From NCBI GenBank assembly GCA_024679065.1, contig JAGIQG010000003.1, forward strand, positions 40,238,001 through 40,302,000: a DNA stretch of 64,000 nucleotides, in the 5' to 3' direction. Position 1 is the first letter of the stretch; every line of letters starts with the position of its first letter. This DNA is from Sphyrna mokarran. Lineage: Eukaryota. A program made the position numbers and the translations under genes. This document shows, one piece after another, positions 46,501-61,500 of the stretch. A model generated the notes under the pieces. The model worked only from the letters and a program-made list of their open reading frames with translations, was not told the origin of the DNA and did no database searches.

Positions 46501-49500
46501 CCTGACGATGCTTTCTACTGATCTGGAAGAAAATTCTCTGCAAAGATTTGGTTTACTCTGGATTTTTCCTTTCCAGATTTAATTTAAATCTGGGGCTAGT
46601 TGGAAATTCCCAAGTGCTCAGTAACAGTGATGTGACCAAGCTAGGAAAGGAACCATCACTTTCTTTCAAAACAAGGGGAATTCCAAAAAATGCATTGATT
46701 ATCAGTCACTTTTTACATATTTTTGCAGCAAACGATTTATTTTTATTATTTGTTCATAGAATATTGCTGGTAAGGCCATTTTTTTTTTGCTCATTCCTAA
46801 TTACCCTGAAGCCGGCAATGATGGGCCACCTTTTTGAATAGTTGGTGTGGTGTAGTTACACCATGGTACTTTTAGGGAGATAGTTCTAGGATTTTGATCC
46901 AGCAACAGTGAAGGAATGGTGTTATAGTTCCAAATCCAGGTATAAGAAAATTTGATAATGGTGCTTACTACATATCTGCTGTTGTTGTCCTTCTAGGTGA
47001 TAGAGGTTACAGGTTTATGAGGTACTGTTGAAGAAACTTTTGAGTGGTGCATCTTGTGGATAGTACACACTGCTGCTGCTGGTGGAGGGAGTAAATATTT
47101 AATAAGATAAATGGGGTGCCAATCAAATGGCTGTTTTGTGCTGGATGTTGTCCAGCTTTCTCAGTGTTGTTAGAGCTGCACTCAGTTAGGCAAATGGGGA
47201 GTATTTCATCACATACATCACTAGTGCCTTTGGACAATTTTGGGAAATCAGAAGGTAAGTTACTCATCTCAGAATTCCCAGCCTCCCATCTGCTTTTGTA
47301 AGGTTGGTATGGTTAAGTTTCTGATTAATGTTAACCTCAGCATACTGATGGTAGGGATTCAGTGATGTAAGTGCTGTTCAACGTCAAGGATAAAGTCTGT
47401 CTTGCTGATGATGGGTCATTGCCTGGCACATTGTGATACAAATGTTAATTTCTATCTATCAGGCCGATCCTGAATCTTGTCCAGGTTTTTTGCATGTTGA
47501 CACGGACTATTTCAGTTCTGAGGAGCTGCAAATGTAACTGTGAACATCCCGACTTTGAATGTAATGATGGAGGAAAGATCATTTGATAGAGCAGCTGAAA
47601 ATGGCTGGGCTGACAGCACTGCCATAATGATTGGGAAATAAATGATTGGGGCATACATGTTAGAAGTTGAAATATTATAAACTTCTAATTAAAATAATTA
47701 TATTAACAAACTTGTGATTTTGATCAAAATGAGATACACTGACATGATACATAAATGTCTTTTCTCTGTACCAGAGAGGTCATTCAGCAATGGTGGGACC
47801 TGGTATTCTGTTATGAACCAAATTAAAGCACTGTAACCTTTTCAGGGATTGTAGGTAGTGATATCAGGATTACTAATGATTGTAGTTTGTAGAGACTTTT
47901 TTTATCATTCGGTCAGAAGTGGGGATATTTGCTGATGATTACCATTCCTGAAGCTGCAGATACTGAAGCAGTTCATGCCCAAATGCACCAAGCCCTGAAA
48001 ATATCCAGACTTGATAGCTCCCTCCAAGCCATGCACTATCCTGATTTGGAACTGTATTACTGTTCCTTCACTGCTGCTGGGTCAACATCCTGGAACTCCC
48101 TCCCCAACAGCACTGTGGGTGTACCTACACCACATGACTACAGCTTTTTGAGAAACCAGCACGGTGGCCCAGTGGTTAGCATAGCTGCCTCACAGCACCA
48201 AGGACCTGGGTTCAATTCCCAACTTGGGTCACTGTCTGTGTGAAGTTTGCACGTTCTCCTGCTGGCTGCATGGCTTTCTTTGTGTATTCCCGTTTGCTCC
48301 CACACTCCAAAAGGTGTGCCAGTTAGGTTGATTGGCCATGCTAAATTGCCCCTCAGTGTCTGAGGGACTAGCTAGGGTAAATGCATGGGGTTATGAAAGT
48401 AAGGCCTGGGTGGGATTGTGGTTGGTGCAGACTTGATGAGCGAATGGCCCCCATCTACACTGTAGGGTTTTATGATTCTATAAGCCAGCTTACCACCACT
48501 TTCTCAAGGGCAATTAAGGACGGACACTAAATGCTGATCTAGCCAGCAGTGCACACATCTCATCAGTGAATAATAAAAAGATATGATTTAAACTATGATA
48601 CAGTGCAATGACATACCACTATGCTATGCCACAGAGTAATAATGAAAGAATTACAGGAAAGAGGCAGGGCATTTTGTCCATTTGGTCCATGGTCTTATTA
48701 ATGTCCTTGTGAACTTTTTCCCAACCCTCATCATCTAACCCTCCAAGAATTCTAATCCTTCCTCCCTCATGGTGGTTTAATGTATCAATGGCCATTTGCC
48801 TCGGTTTCTCCCTCTGGTGATAATTTTTACATTCTAATCATTTTTTGAGTTAAAAAAAACCTTTCCCCTGAATACTTTATTGGATTTATTAGTGACTGAC
48901 TTATATTTATGGCCATTCAGCTCTATCTGTTCTACAGTGGAAATATCATTTCTACATTTACCCTATCAGGCCCCTTTATAAGCTTAAAATCCTCTCTCAA
49001 ATTTCTCCTCAGCCTTCTCTTTTTTTTAGAGAAATTCATACCAGTCTGTTCAACTGGATACAATGTATGCTTGCATCACTTAATACAAACATGCTCAATT
49101 TTTCCCGTAAAATTCAAGAGTGGAAGCAAAGAGGTTCTTGTAAACTTCAAGTTAGCTCAAGAGCAGGCCTCAGTGGGAATGTGTGTTATAGTGAAATCTT
49201 TTTATATTCACCCATAAAATCATAAAATGACAGCACAGAATGAGGCCATTGAGGTTTGTGCCTGCGCTGAATCTGCAACTCAAGCAAATAGACACTGTTT
49301 TAAAAACCTGCTGATGTTACACACAAGGGTGTCTCAAAACTCCAAAGAATAACTTGGAACTCTGGAGTGTATTTTTCAATTTGGAATAATGTAAGGATAA
49401 ATATGCAAACCAGTGAGGGAAAGATGTAACTGCTCAAAAAATGTTTATTAATGTGTAAAAACACACAGCAAGAATGGCCACAATACAAAACAAAGGTAAA

Positions 49501-52500
49501 CTTAATTGCAGAAGTGGCTACACGCAATACATTCAGGAATTAAACTCTATTTTCATCTATCTGTGTATCTGAATTCTGAAAAATGCCCCTTGTCCCAAAG
49601 AAATTATCCCATATAGTATGATGCCATGAGCTAAATCCAGCAAATGGTTACCCCCATGAATTATCTTTAAGTTTAAGAAATTTTCTTCAGTTCAGTGCAG
49701 TTTGTCTCTGTGGTTTTCAAATCAGCAGTTTTTAGCATAGAATTCTGCTTTCTGAGAGAGTTCCACTTCCCAGCTAAAAGTGGCTGTGCTCATAACTGCT
49801 TTCCAGCTGCTGCTTCTTTTTCCTTTCTATCTTTCCTATCAGTGCAGAACCATCTGCTGCAAATAGAACATATTTCCCTTTTGGTCTCTTATATAGAAAG
49901 CAGGTGTTTAGCATATAAATATGAAATGTATTCTCATGTAATCACTTTGAAGGCATTTGTTCTGCAGTTTTAAAACATAAAATTCTATGCTTTTATTGTT
50001 CCCCACTTTACTGAAGTAAATAACTATTTACTGTATTTAAGCTAATTTGCATATCATAGAAGATAGGAAAATAGGAACAAGAGGAGGCATTTGGCCCTTT
50101 GAATCTGCTCTGCCATTCATTACGATCATGGCTGATTGTCCACTCAATAGCCCAATCCTGCTTTTCCCCCATGACCTTTGATCCCATTCATCTCAAGTGC
50201 AATATCCAATCATCTGTTGAATAAATTCAATATTTTGGTATCAACTACTTCCTGTGGTAACGAATTGTATGGGCTCACCACTCTGGGTGAAGAAATGTCT
50301 CTTCACCTCCATCCTAAATGGTCTACCCTGAATCCTCAGATTGCGACCCCTGGTTCTGGATTCCCCTACCATAGGGATCTATATATAGTCCTATTAGGAT
50401 TTTATATGTCTCTGAGATCTCTCCTCATTCATCTGAATTCCAGTGAAAACAACCATAACCTAGTCAATCTCACTTCATACATCAGTCCTGCCATCTCTGG
50501 AAGCAGCCTGGTAAACCTTCACTGCATTCCCTTGGGAGCAAGAACATCCTTCCTCTGAAAAGGAGAGCAAAACTGTACACAATACTCTAGGTGCGACATC
50601 ACCAAGGCCCTATATAATTAAAACAACATATCCCTGTTCCTGTATTCAAGATTTCTTGCAATGAAGGCCGACATGCTATTTGCCACCTTTACCACCTACT
50701 GCACCTGTATGCTTACCTTCAGTGACTGGAGCACAAGGATCCTGCTGCATACGCCCCTCTCCCAATTTACAGCCATTCAGGTAGTAAGCTGCTTTCTTAT
50801 TTCTGCTTCCAAAATGAATAACCTCACACTTATCCAAATTATACTGCATCTGCCATTGATTATTCCACTCACCTAACCTGTCCAGATCATTCTGAAGGAT
50901 CTTTGCATTCTTGGCACAGTTCACCCTCCCACCCAACTTGATATCATCTGCAAACTTTGAGATGTTACAGTTTGTTTCCTCATCCAAATTATTAATATAT
51001 ATTAACTGGGGTCTCAGCACCGATCCTGTGACACCCCACTAGTTACTGCCTGCCAACTTGAAAAGCACCCACTCTTTGTTTCCTCTCTGCCGATCAGTTT
51101 TCCATCCATCTCAATACACTTCCCTCAATCCCATGTGCTTTAATTTTGCATGATAATCTCTTATGCTGGACTTTGTCAAATGTTTTCTGAAAGTCCAAAT
51201 ATACCACATTGACTGGTTCCCTTTTGTCAATTCTACTAGTTACATCTTCAAAGACTTCCAACAGCTTCATCAAGCATGATTTCCCCTTCATAAATCCAAG
51301 CTGACTCTGCCTGATGCTGCCACTGCTTTCTAAATACTCTGCTACAAAGTCTTTGATAATAGATTTGAGAATTTTCCCCACTACCAATGTTAAGCTTTTT
51401 GATGCATAATTCCCTTTTTTCTCCCTCCCTCCCTTTTTGAATATTGGAGTGACATTCGTTACCTTCCATTCTGCAGGGACTTTTCTAGCCAAAACCCCTT
51501 CAGATAGTTGCCCTCTTATTAAATTCTCTTTCTTCCCATTCTTCAAAGTTTATTTTTTCCAAGCTTTAATCTTTAATTTTAAAGTTTATTTATTATTGTC
51601 ACAAGTAGGCTTACCTTAACACTACAATGTGTTAATTCACTACTGTGAAAATCCCCCAGTTGCTACACTCTGGCATGTGTTTGGGTACTCTGAGGGAGAA
51701 TTTAACGTGGCCAATCCACTTAACCATGACATCTTTCATACCATGGGACTTGCATAAAGGAAAGATTTAGGAATGGGATACAAGCATTTAACAATACCAT
51801 CTAATCTCCTGTTACCGTGCTATATTTTCTTTTTAGTAGTAGACCATCGGCAGATTTTCTGATCCTGGAACTGAGACAATTGGACTGAAGTTCATAACAT
51901 TTTCATGCATGCAAATCAGGAATGACCAACTCCCTAGAGCTTCCCAAGATGCACCCTAATACGTGCCCGAACTGGGACTGGTGCAGAAGGCATTGTCGAA
52001 GGAGCCTGGTGGAGAGAAATCTGGCAAGCTATCAGCTTGTAATAGCCTAAAGCTGGGGTTAAAAGTGATGTAGCCACATTTTAGCTTTCCAAAATGTTGT
52101 CCAGGGCACAAAAAACAGCTGGCAAAAAGTAAAGGATTTGGAAAACAAATCTACGTTTCAGAAATGAGCAAGGCTGTGAGTAATTAATGTGCAGTATTTA
52201 AAGCTCCTGCTTGACAATTAGTGAAATAAAGGGCTGCTGCATGAGATGCATATGAGCAGAGTTTCCTGTTTATCATTTTAGAACAGGATATATCATTGCA
52301 GTTTCTTGGCAAAAGGAAACATCCAAGGTGTATACTGCGTACAGTTCCCTCAGGACCTGGGAACAGTTGCAATAGGAAATGGTATCTTGTAGAAACTGCC
52401 ATAGTAAATTTATTTAATGTGCAATTTAACAAGTACAAATGTTTCAAAGCAACTTTTGCACAGTCCTTACAACTCTTTCAATATTTACCATGCTTAATTA

Positions 52501-55500
52501 TACTTCAGCATGGTACACACATAAATGCAGCTTACAATGGGAAATATTGTGACACATTGACATCTTCAAAGGGCTTTATACATAAAATAATTGTATCAGA
52601 ACTTAAATGCATGATCCCTGGGTGACATCCATGATAGGGTATAAATTAGACCTATGTTTGAGCTTACTCCATACTAAGGAGAACAATTTAAGCCTCTCTA
52701 CTCTCATCACATAATCTGAAGTTCCACATGCACGATATCATTGATATATTTGAAGGTATATTGTGGAGCTAACATTTGTTATTTTTCTGTTATTGTAGGC
52801 TTGTAAAAGCATCCTGTCAGGATTGTCCATGGCCTGGACTGACAACACCTTACATTTCTCTCCCCAGTGTTTGCAGTTTCATCTCTACACCCTGCAGAGG
52901 CTGTAGTTAGTTTGAGGTGGCCATGTTTCACCATTTACCGGTGACAAGGACCAAGTAGTTGTGGCAAATGTGGAGCAGCAACCTGTTATCTGGAAATCTA
53001 CCTAAGTGCCAACAACCATTCCTTTACTTCTGAAAATGCAGCAATGCAATGATCTTGGGCAGCTGTGCCATGATGGCTATTGGTTGAACATGCTGGCAGC
53101 ACTGACCAGTAACTTTGGCTAACGTACCAATTGTATATTTGAAACATATGTAGTATCTTACTATTTAATGTTACAAATTTGTAAATTAACTGAAAGTACA
53201 CAGGATAGAAATGTTTAACATGATAATAACTTTGGCTGTCATGGGCAGTTGTATTCCCTGTATTATGGATTGTTTACTAATGGAACAATTCGCTTAAGCT
53301 GATCTGAAGCTTGTAGAGCCACTTCCGCTTAGTTGTTGAATCCTCACTGTTTGTAACTATAGGCTTGGCTCTAGTGTCATTTGGTTTTCTAGGTCTGTCT
53401 CCATTTGTCTGGTATCATACAATCTTTCTGACAAATTCCTCACACTCCCTAAGCTTCTAAGTTTCTAACCTTCTGAAGTCTCATCAGTGCTTTAAGTAAT
53501 ACTCTCTGGAACTTTTCCTCAACTTTCTGTATTTCTTGTCTATCTTCATCTTTTAAAATTTTTCAAACTCTATTTTTTTTCACTATGTTTTCAGTCACCC
53601 CTTCCAATCTCTTCCTCCGAGGCTAAACATCCATTCCATTATCTGACGGTGCATCCCTTCCTCAGCGAAAAATCTTGGAGAAGTATTCAGTTCTTAGAAG
53701 TGTTTTTTGATTGTCATATGTTGTTTGTTATCATTGACTAGGTATAGTAGCTAACACTTCTCAACTAGGACTGGCAGCCCCCAGGCTGACAGTTCATATC
53801 TTCAATGGAAAGTTGTTAACTACTTTAATAAATCTGGTCATTTGTGGCCAGTTCCAGAAAATTAACGTGAAAATTAAATACTGGATTAAATACTTAAATG
53901 TCCATTAAAAAAGACAGCTCATTCACTAACATGTATCATGTTTGGGAATATGCCAGCTCAAATTGATCTGGCCTACATTTAACTCAAGCTGAACCAAGTG
54001 GTTTGTTCTTAATGCCCAATGAAATGGAATTGCAATCAACACCATTTTATTGCAGGTAGGCATGGGCAATAAATGCAACTTTGCCAGAACTGCCCATGTA
54101 AGTAAGAAAAAGAACATTCTTGTTGATATAACAGCATTTACTAGACTAATATGTAACTATTTGAATGGATTATAGCACTGGAGCAGGAATATTTTCAGGT
54201 TAAATAGTGCCATTACAGCATCATATCTATTACATAAATCACAAGTTCTAATAGAAGTCATGATGTTGATGTTGCAGCTCTGTAGAACACTAGTTGGGCC
54301 ACATTTGGAGTACTGCATCCAATTCTGGTTGCCGCACCACCAGAAGGACATGGAGGCTTTAGAGAGAGTGCAGAGAAGGTTTACCAGGATGTTGCCTGGT
54401 ATGGAGAGTCTTAGCTATGAGGAGAGATTGGGTAGACTGGGGTTGTTCTTCCTGGAAAGACAGAGAATGGGGAAAGACCTAATAGAGGTGTACAAAATTA
54501 TGAAGGGTATAGATAGGGTGAATAGTGGGAAGCTTTTTCCAAGGTTGGAGGTGACGATCACGAGGGGTCACAGGCTCAAGGTGAGAGGGGCGAGATATAA
54601 CTCTGATATCAGAGGGATGTTTTTTATGCAGAGGATGGTGGGGGCCTGGAATGTGCTGCCAAGTAGGGTGCTTGAGGCAGACATGCTAGCATCATTTGAG
54701 AAGTACCTGGATAGTCACATGAGCAACCTGGAAATGGAGGGATACAAACAAATGGTCTAGTTGGACCAATGCGTGGCATAGGCTTGGAGGGCCAAAGGGC
54801 CTGTTTCCTGTGCTGTACTGTTCTTTGTTCTTTGTAACACTTTAATCATAAAAGATATGTTTTTAGGGCAAATGAATAGGGACAATAAATGCAGTTTTGT
54901 CAATATTAATAAATACAACCTTGCTGCATTAATACATGTTGCTTCAGCTAATTAAGTCTTTATCCATGGCTTTGTTATCTTTAGGATTCATATGATTTAT
55001 TATTGTCACATGTATTGGGATAGAATGAAAAGTATTTTTCCATTTACTATTTCAATATATTCCTGAGATGGCATTCCATCTTCCACCTTCCAAAATTCTG
55101 CTGCTGGTATCATAACTTGCACAAGTTCCATTCACCCATCTCTCTGTCCTGCTGACCTACATTAGCTCTTGATTAATCAGTGCCCCAATTTAAAAATTCT
55201 CATCCTTGTTTTCAAATCCCTCCATAGCCTTGTATCTCTCTTTCTCTGTAATCTCTTCCAGCTTTACAACCCTCCAAGATAGTTCACTCTTCCTGTTGTG
55301 GCTTCTTGCTTATCCCTGATTATAACCTCTCTTTCATTTAGTTGCCTGGTCCCAAAGGTCTGGAATTTCCTTCTACATCCTTCCCTTTCTATCTCTTTCC
55401 TTATTTAAGTCTCTCAGGAATCCTTTTCTTTGACAAAGCTTTTGGTTATCTACTTTAGCACTCTCTTATGTGGCTAGGTGTCAAATTTGTTTGATAACAT

Positions 55501-58500
55501 TTCTATGAAACACCTTCAGATGTTTTACCATGTGGAATGTGCCCTACAAGTACAAGTTGTTATTGTTTTACATCATAAATTCTTCTAATCCTCATTTACA
55601 GAGTTCATATATGTCTTTCATAAATATGTTTTATTTGCACAATGTGTGGCTTCGTAAATGTGAGATGGATTTTTCCCTTAACCTCTCATTGCTTTGCTGA
55701 ACAGATTCAATTTCAGAGCTTTCCGCTGGGCCAAAACAATGATCCATGCAATTAACGAAGTCAATCAGAATGATTCAATTCTACCGGGTGTACAGCTTGG
55801 GTACACAATCTATGACTCTTGTTTTACCATTTCCAAAGCTGTTGAAGGAACATTGACTTATCTGACTGGACAAGATGAAGCTGTACCAAACTACCGGTGT
55901 GGCAGTGGAGCTCCTTTGGCGGTGCTGATTGGAGCTGGAGGTTCAGCTCTTTCTATTGCAACTGCCAGAATCCTGGGACTATATTACTTTCCTCAGGTAA
56001 CAGAATGGGAAAAGCATGATGAATGGTTCCATGTTTTCATTAGAGTTTCATTAAAAATGTGAGAACTAAATTGGAGATGTTGTATTAATATTACAAATTA
56101 TCCAAGTTTGTAAAATATTTCATAATGTAAAGTTTTCACATACTGAAATAACTTGTTCAATGGTTTATTTGAAATTGCTATACATCTTATTGAAGATTAC
56201 CTTATAAACAATATTGTGCTTTAGAGGGAGTAGTACTCCAGGCTATCTCAAACTCAATTGGTTCAAGTGGATTAATTCATTATTACGGTAGCCTGTGGTT
56301 AGCATTGCTGCTTCACAACACTAGGGACCCTGGATTCAATTCCCAGCTTGGGTCACTGTGTGAAGTTTGCGCGTTCTCCTCCTGTCTATGTGGGTTTCCT
56401 CCAGGTGCTCTGGTTTCGTCCTATAGTCCAAAGATGTGCAGGTTAAGTTCACTGGCCATGCTAAATTACTCTTTAATGTCCTGAGATGCATAGGTTAGCG
56501 AGATTAGCTGGATAAATGTATGGGGTTCTGGGAATAGAGTCAGGGCGGGATTGTTGTCAGTGTAGGTTTAATGGGCTGAATGGCCCTCTGCACTGTAGGG
56601 ATTATATTATAAATGACCTGAGTTTGATTCCTGGCTTGGGTCACTGTCTATGTGGAGTCTGCATTTCTCCCAGTTTCTGGGTGGGTTTTCTTTTAGTGCT
56701 GCAGTTTACTCTCACAGTCTGAAGAACATGCTGGTTAGATGCATTTGTCATGCTAAATTTTCCCTCAGTGTGCTTAAACATGCACAGGAGTGTGGTAACT
56801 AGGGGATTTTCACAGTAGCTTCATTGTGATGTTCATGTAAGCCTACTTGTGATGAATAAACTTTAAAAAGAATTGATCTTTTTCAGGTTCAGATAAGTTC
56901 TATTAAGGTATTCAAACTTGTGTATCTTGAGCTAGAAATTTATCTTCTTTCTGCAGAAGCTGTTGAAGCCTTCTAATTCCCTGACTCAGTTACAGAATTC
57001 ATGTCACGTGTTCTGTTTATTTTAAAAATAGAGCAATCTGAACTTGAAATATGAAGAATTTACAAACTAACACCAAAATGTATTTTAGTTAGATTTAGAA
57101 ATAAATTTGTTTTTGCCTTTAATTTAGTTTTTCCAAACTAAAATTCAAAAGTGAGGCACAAAGACCTTTCTTATTTAAATAAAATCATATCGATCAATTC
57201 TTGATTTTTCTTTGTCCCTTTTTGTAATAGATGAACACCTTACTTTTGGCATTGATAAACTTACTGAAGAGGAATTAGAATTAAATAAAGATCGTATGAA
57301 TATGCTGGAAGATATATTTTCATGACAGGATGCAAAACATACAATGGGAGTAGTACAATATATTGTTTGCTAACATGTTTTGTGGTGGAGTGTGAGGATC
57401 TGGATTCCTGCCTATGATTCTTCATATGTTTACAGTCACCTACTGGCTATACACTTAATGCTGAACAGTGTGAAATCTAAGGGTGAATCAATAATTTGTT
57501 CTTGAGTCCAAATGGCGAGACCAAGAGTTATATAAAAGAGGAATGGGAACGTTGGCATAACACATAAAACATCCATGTTTTTGGCTGCAGAATTAAGGGA
57601 AGCTTTAGAAATCAAATAAGGTGAAATGAAAAAAAAGCATGACAAAAGTTGCTTGATAACTCAGAATTTGGGTGCTGTTGAAAAAGACATCTTGTCAAAG
57701 TTTTCCATCTTGCATTCGTCAGGCCAGAGGCAAGAAACTCAAAGTTCAATGTAAGCAATAATTTATACTGCATGAGAAAAGATTATGGTTGATTGGCATA
57801 ATCAACTCTGATAATGTCATCCTGACTCAATTTTCTCTTCACAGATGCTGTCAGACCTGCTGAGACTTTCCAGCATTTTCTGTTTTTGTTGGGTTGGTTG
57901 GCTGATTGGTCAAGGCGTTGTAATTGAAAATGCACCACAAAACTTTTGCGTTCCATGCCTTTGTTTAATTTAAAAGGTTTGGACATGTTCCTTTTTTCTT
58001 ACAGAGGACAAATTCTAGTGTATGAATAAATGTAGCTTCAGGCACGAGAAAGTGAGCTACATTACTCTTTTTTTCAACTAAACAAAAGCATGGGGGACAA
58101 TAGCTCCCTGGTGTATTCTCCATGGCAGCTCTTAACCAATTGGAGCCAACTTGCCAACCAATCTGTACCCTTTTTTAATGCAGTATAAATTGTTGTCCCC
58201 TTTGAAATTCATGTGTCTGGAACTGAAGAATGCAAGACAAGCTTTGACAACATGTCTCTTTTTTCAACAATACTCACAACAAAAGTTTCCAATAACTGGA
58301 TGGAAAATTAATTTGTATTGCCATCAATTTGTTTTTGGCTGAATGCTTTACATAATTTCTTGACTACTATTTTGCAGGTGGATTACTCAGCCTCTTGTTC
58401 AGTTCTCAGTGACAAATTCCAGTTTCCATCTTTTATCCGAACCATACCAAGTGATGTTTTTCAGTCCAGAGCAATGGCAAAACTTGTGGTACACTTTGGA

Positions 58501-61500
58501 TGGACGTGGGTGGGCACAATTGCATCAGATGATGACTATGGGAAATATGGAATTAAAACTTTCAAAGAAGAGGTAGAAAAGGTTGGAGTATGTATCTCTT
58601 TTTCTGAGACTATCCCCAAAGTTTATGCAAGAAAGAAAATAGTTCAAATTGTAGACACAATTGAGCAATCAACTGCCAAAATCATTGCTGTCTTCTCTGC
58701 TGATATTGACCTGAGCTACTTAATGGAAGAAGTCTTGCAACGCAACATTACTGGCAGAACATGGATAGCAAGTGAGGCTTGGATTAACTCTGCACTGATT
58801 TCCAAACCGGAATACTCCTCACTTTTGAGTGGAACTATTGGATTGGCAATTCAACGAGCTGATATCCGTGGTCTACAGAATCACCTCATTCAATTAGATC
58901 CAATAAATTCTGGAGAAAAACTGATAACGGAATTCTGGGAGAGAGCCTTTGATTGCATGTGGCCTGAGCATGGTGTAGCTGTCAGTCGAATGTTTGACGT
59001 TAAAAAAACTGAGTATAATAGAACAGGTATAAAGAATAGAATCCATAATATTCCCCCTCTTTCTCAGAGGTACTGTACAGGAAAAGAGAACTTGGAGGAA
59101 ATCTACAATACGTATACTGATGTAAGCCAACTGAGGCTGACATATAGTGTGTACAAATCTGTGTACACTGTGGCAAATGCACTTCACAATATGCACACTT
59201 GTAAGATAGGAGAGGGTCCTTTTGTCAATGGATCATGTGCAAATATCTCAAATTTTCAGCCGTGGCAGGTATGTTTTCAATGCTTTACATTAATGGAACT
59301 AATGGATTTATTTTAATTAGTTTTTAGTTTGTAACAATGCTTTTCAGTGAAGCAACAATGCACACAGCAATAAAATAACTGTCCACATTGAGTAAAAATT
59401 AGAGTGGAAAATCATTTTTCCTAAAGTTTATGTCCATTACTCTTCAAATCTGTGCACCTGTCCTGTTTGATTTTCTGTGACACAACACAAAGGGGACCAA
59501 TTGACTCTTGAAGACTTTGACAGTTTTTTGAAAGAGCTTTCCAATTAGACACAGTCTTTCTCCATTGCTTTGAAAATGTTTCCCCTTCAAGAATTTATTC
59601 AATCCCATTTTGAAATTTATTATTGAACTTGTTTCCACCACCCTCTCAGGCAGTGTATTCCAGATCACAACTCACTATATACATTTTATTTTCCTCACAT
59701 CAGCTTTGATTCTCTTGATCATTACCTTAAAATGGGTTAGAATCTAGTTAAGGTTCTAAATTCTGAAGAACAGCAAAAAAAGTGATACGTATAGTTACTT
59801 ATGTTTCTTAAAATGCGAATAGATGCTTAAATATTTGGATGACTTTATTTTGAATGGTTTCTATTTTGTAACACTGCTGCTTTTCACAGAAGAAACAATA
59901 CTCACATACCAGCAAAATACCTCTTCACATTGAGTCAAAAAAAGTACAAATATCACTCATCCTGAAAGTTATGCCCATCTCACTTCTGTTCTGTACATCT
60001 GCCCTATTTGATCTTCACATAATATAACATAAAGGAGGCATTGCAGTCTATAGTGAAATGGAAACAAATTTCAAAATTGTTCTTATTTTTAGGAACATTG
60101 GAATGTTTGATGAGCATTATTGAATTCAGACTGTTTTAAAGGTGTCTTCTTATCTTTCTAAAAAGCCACAGAAATCAAACTTTGTTTGTACACATAGTGT
60201 GTTCAATGAGATTTTGTTACAAGTGAATCATCGACCATGCTTATTGTACATTGTGTTTTAAAAAATTACATATTAGCATATTTATGAAAGAAATTCATCG
60301 GAACTCATTGTTCGATCAATGGGCAAAATTTTCTGACCTTGCCCATAGATTCTCCAGTCCCGCTGCTGTGAACGGAGATTTGGCTGAGTGCCAAGCCCTC
60401 TGTTCTAAATGGCAGTGGGACATGTGAGACCGGAGAATTCTGGTCAATATGTCAGTCCCAGAGTGACATTTTCCAGCCATACTTGCCCAAAGCCAGAAAA
60501 CTCCCCCAAGGTCAACAGATCTTTGCATGGTCCGTGTCTTGCCTGCAATGATTCTCATGGCAGGCGGAGTGGGAGAAATCCACCCCTGAAAATACACTGA
60601 AGCGTTTAACAACCAAGTATTCAAAGTGTGATAGTCAGTTGTTGGAGAACAATGCGGTTTGGTACAGAATTGTTCAATCTAATATAATTGAGAATCTGCC
60701 ACAGTATTATCTTCCTTCCAGAAAGAAGACTGTAATTTTTTTATGGATCTATAACTTCAAAAATCACCTAAGAATAAGGGAATAACTCTTCTAAACAAAG
60801 AGCTTAATTTTCATGGTTGACAGACTATAAAAGCAACTTATCAAGGGACTAGGGTTACTGGCTAGGCCAGCATTTTTACTACTATTCTCTAATTGTCTTT
60901 GAGAAGTTGATTGTGTGCTGCTTTCTTGAACTGCTGTAGTTCATGTTGTACAGGTATACTTGCTGTGCTGTTGGGCGGGATTTCCAGGACGTTGACCAAG
61001 TTACAGTGAGGAAGTAGCAATACGATTCCTAGCCAAATGGTGTGTGGCTTGTAGAACCTGCAGGTGATGGTGTTCCCCTGCAACTGCAGCTCTTCTGTTT
61101 ATAGGTGGTAGAGGTTGTTGGTTTGGAAGGTGCTGCCAAAGCAGGTTACGTGAGTTGATGCAATCCATCATGTAGATAGCACACACTTCTAATCACTGTG
61201 TCTGTTGAGGAAGGGGTGGATTTTGGAGTTGGGGGTGGATGAAGTGCCAATCAGGCAAGCTGTTTTGCCCTGGATAGAGTTGAACTTCTTGAGTGTCATC
61301 CAGTGGAGAATACCATCAGACTTCTGACTTGTACCTTATAGATGGTGGGCAGTCTTTGGGGAGTCAGGTAGTGACTTTATGTAGCACCTTTAATATAATA
61401 AACCAAGGCTCTTCACAGATGCATTGACAAAGTATGCCATCAAGCCACATAAGAGATATAAGGAAAATGCTGAAAAGTTTGCTCGCAAACATAGATTTTA

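Noticed and set aside
678-56864. tRNA genes or a CRISPR-like array suggested by the recurring repeats
   Set aside because: The repeats are dispersed ~300-bp SINEs with tRNA-derived heads. There is no complete cloverleaf and no regular repeat-spacer period, and the DNA is eukaryotic.
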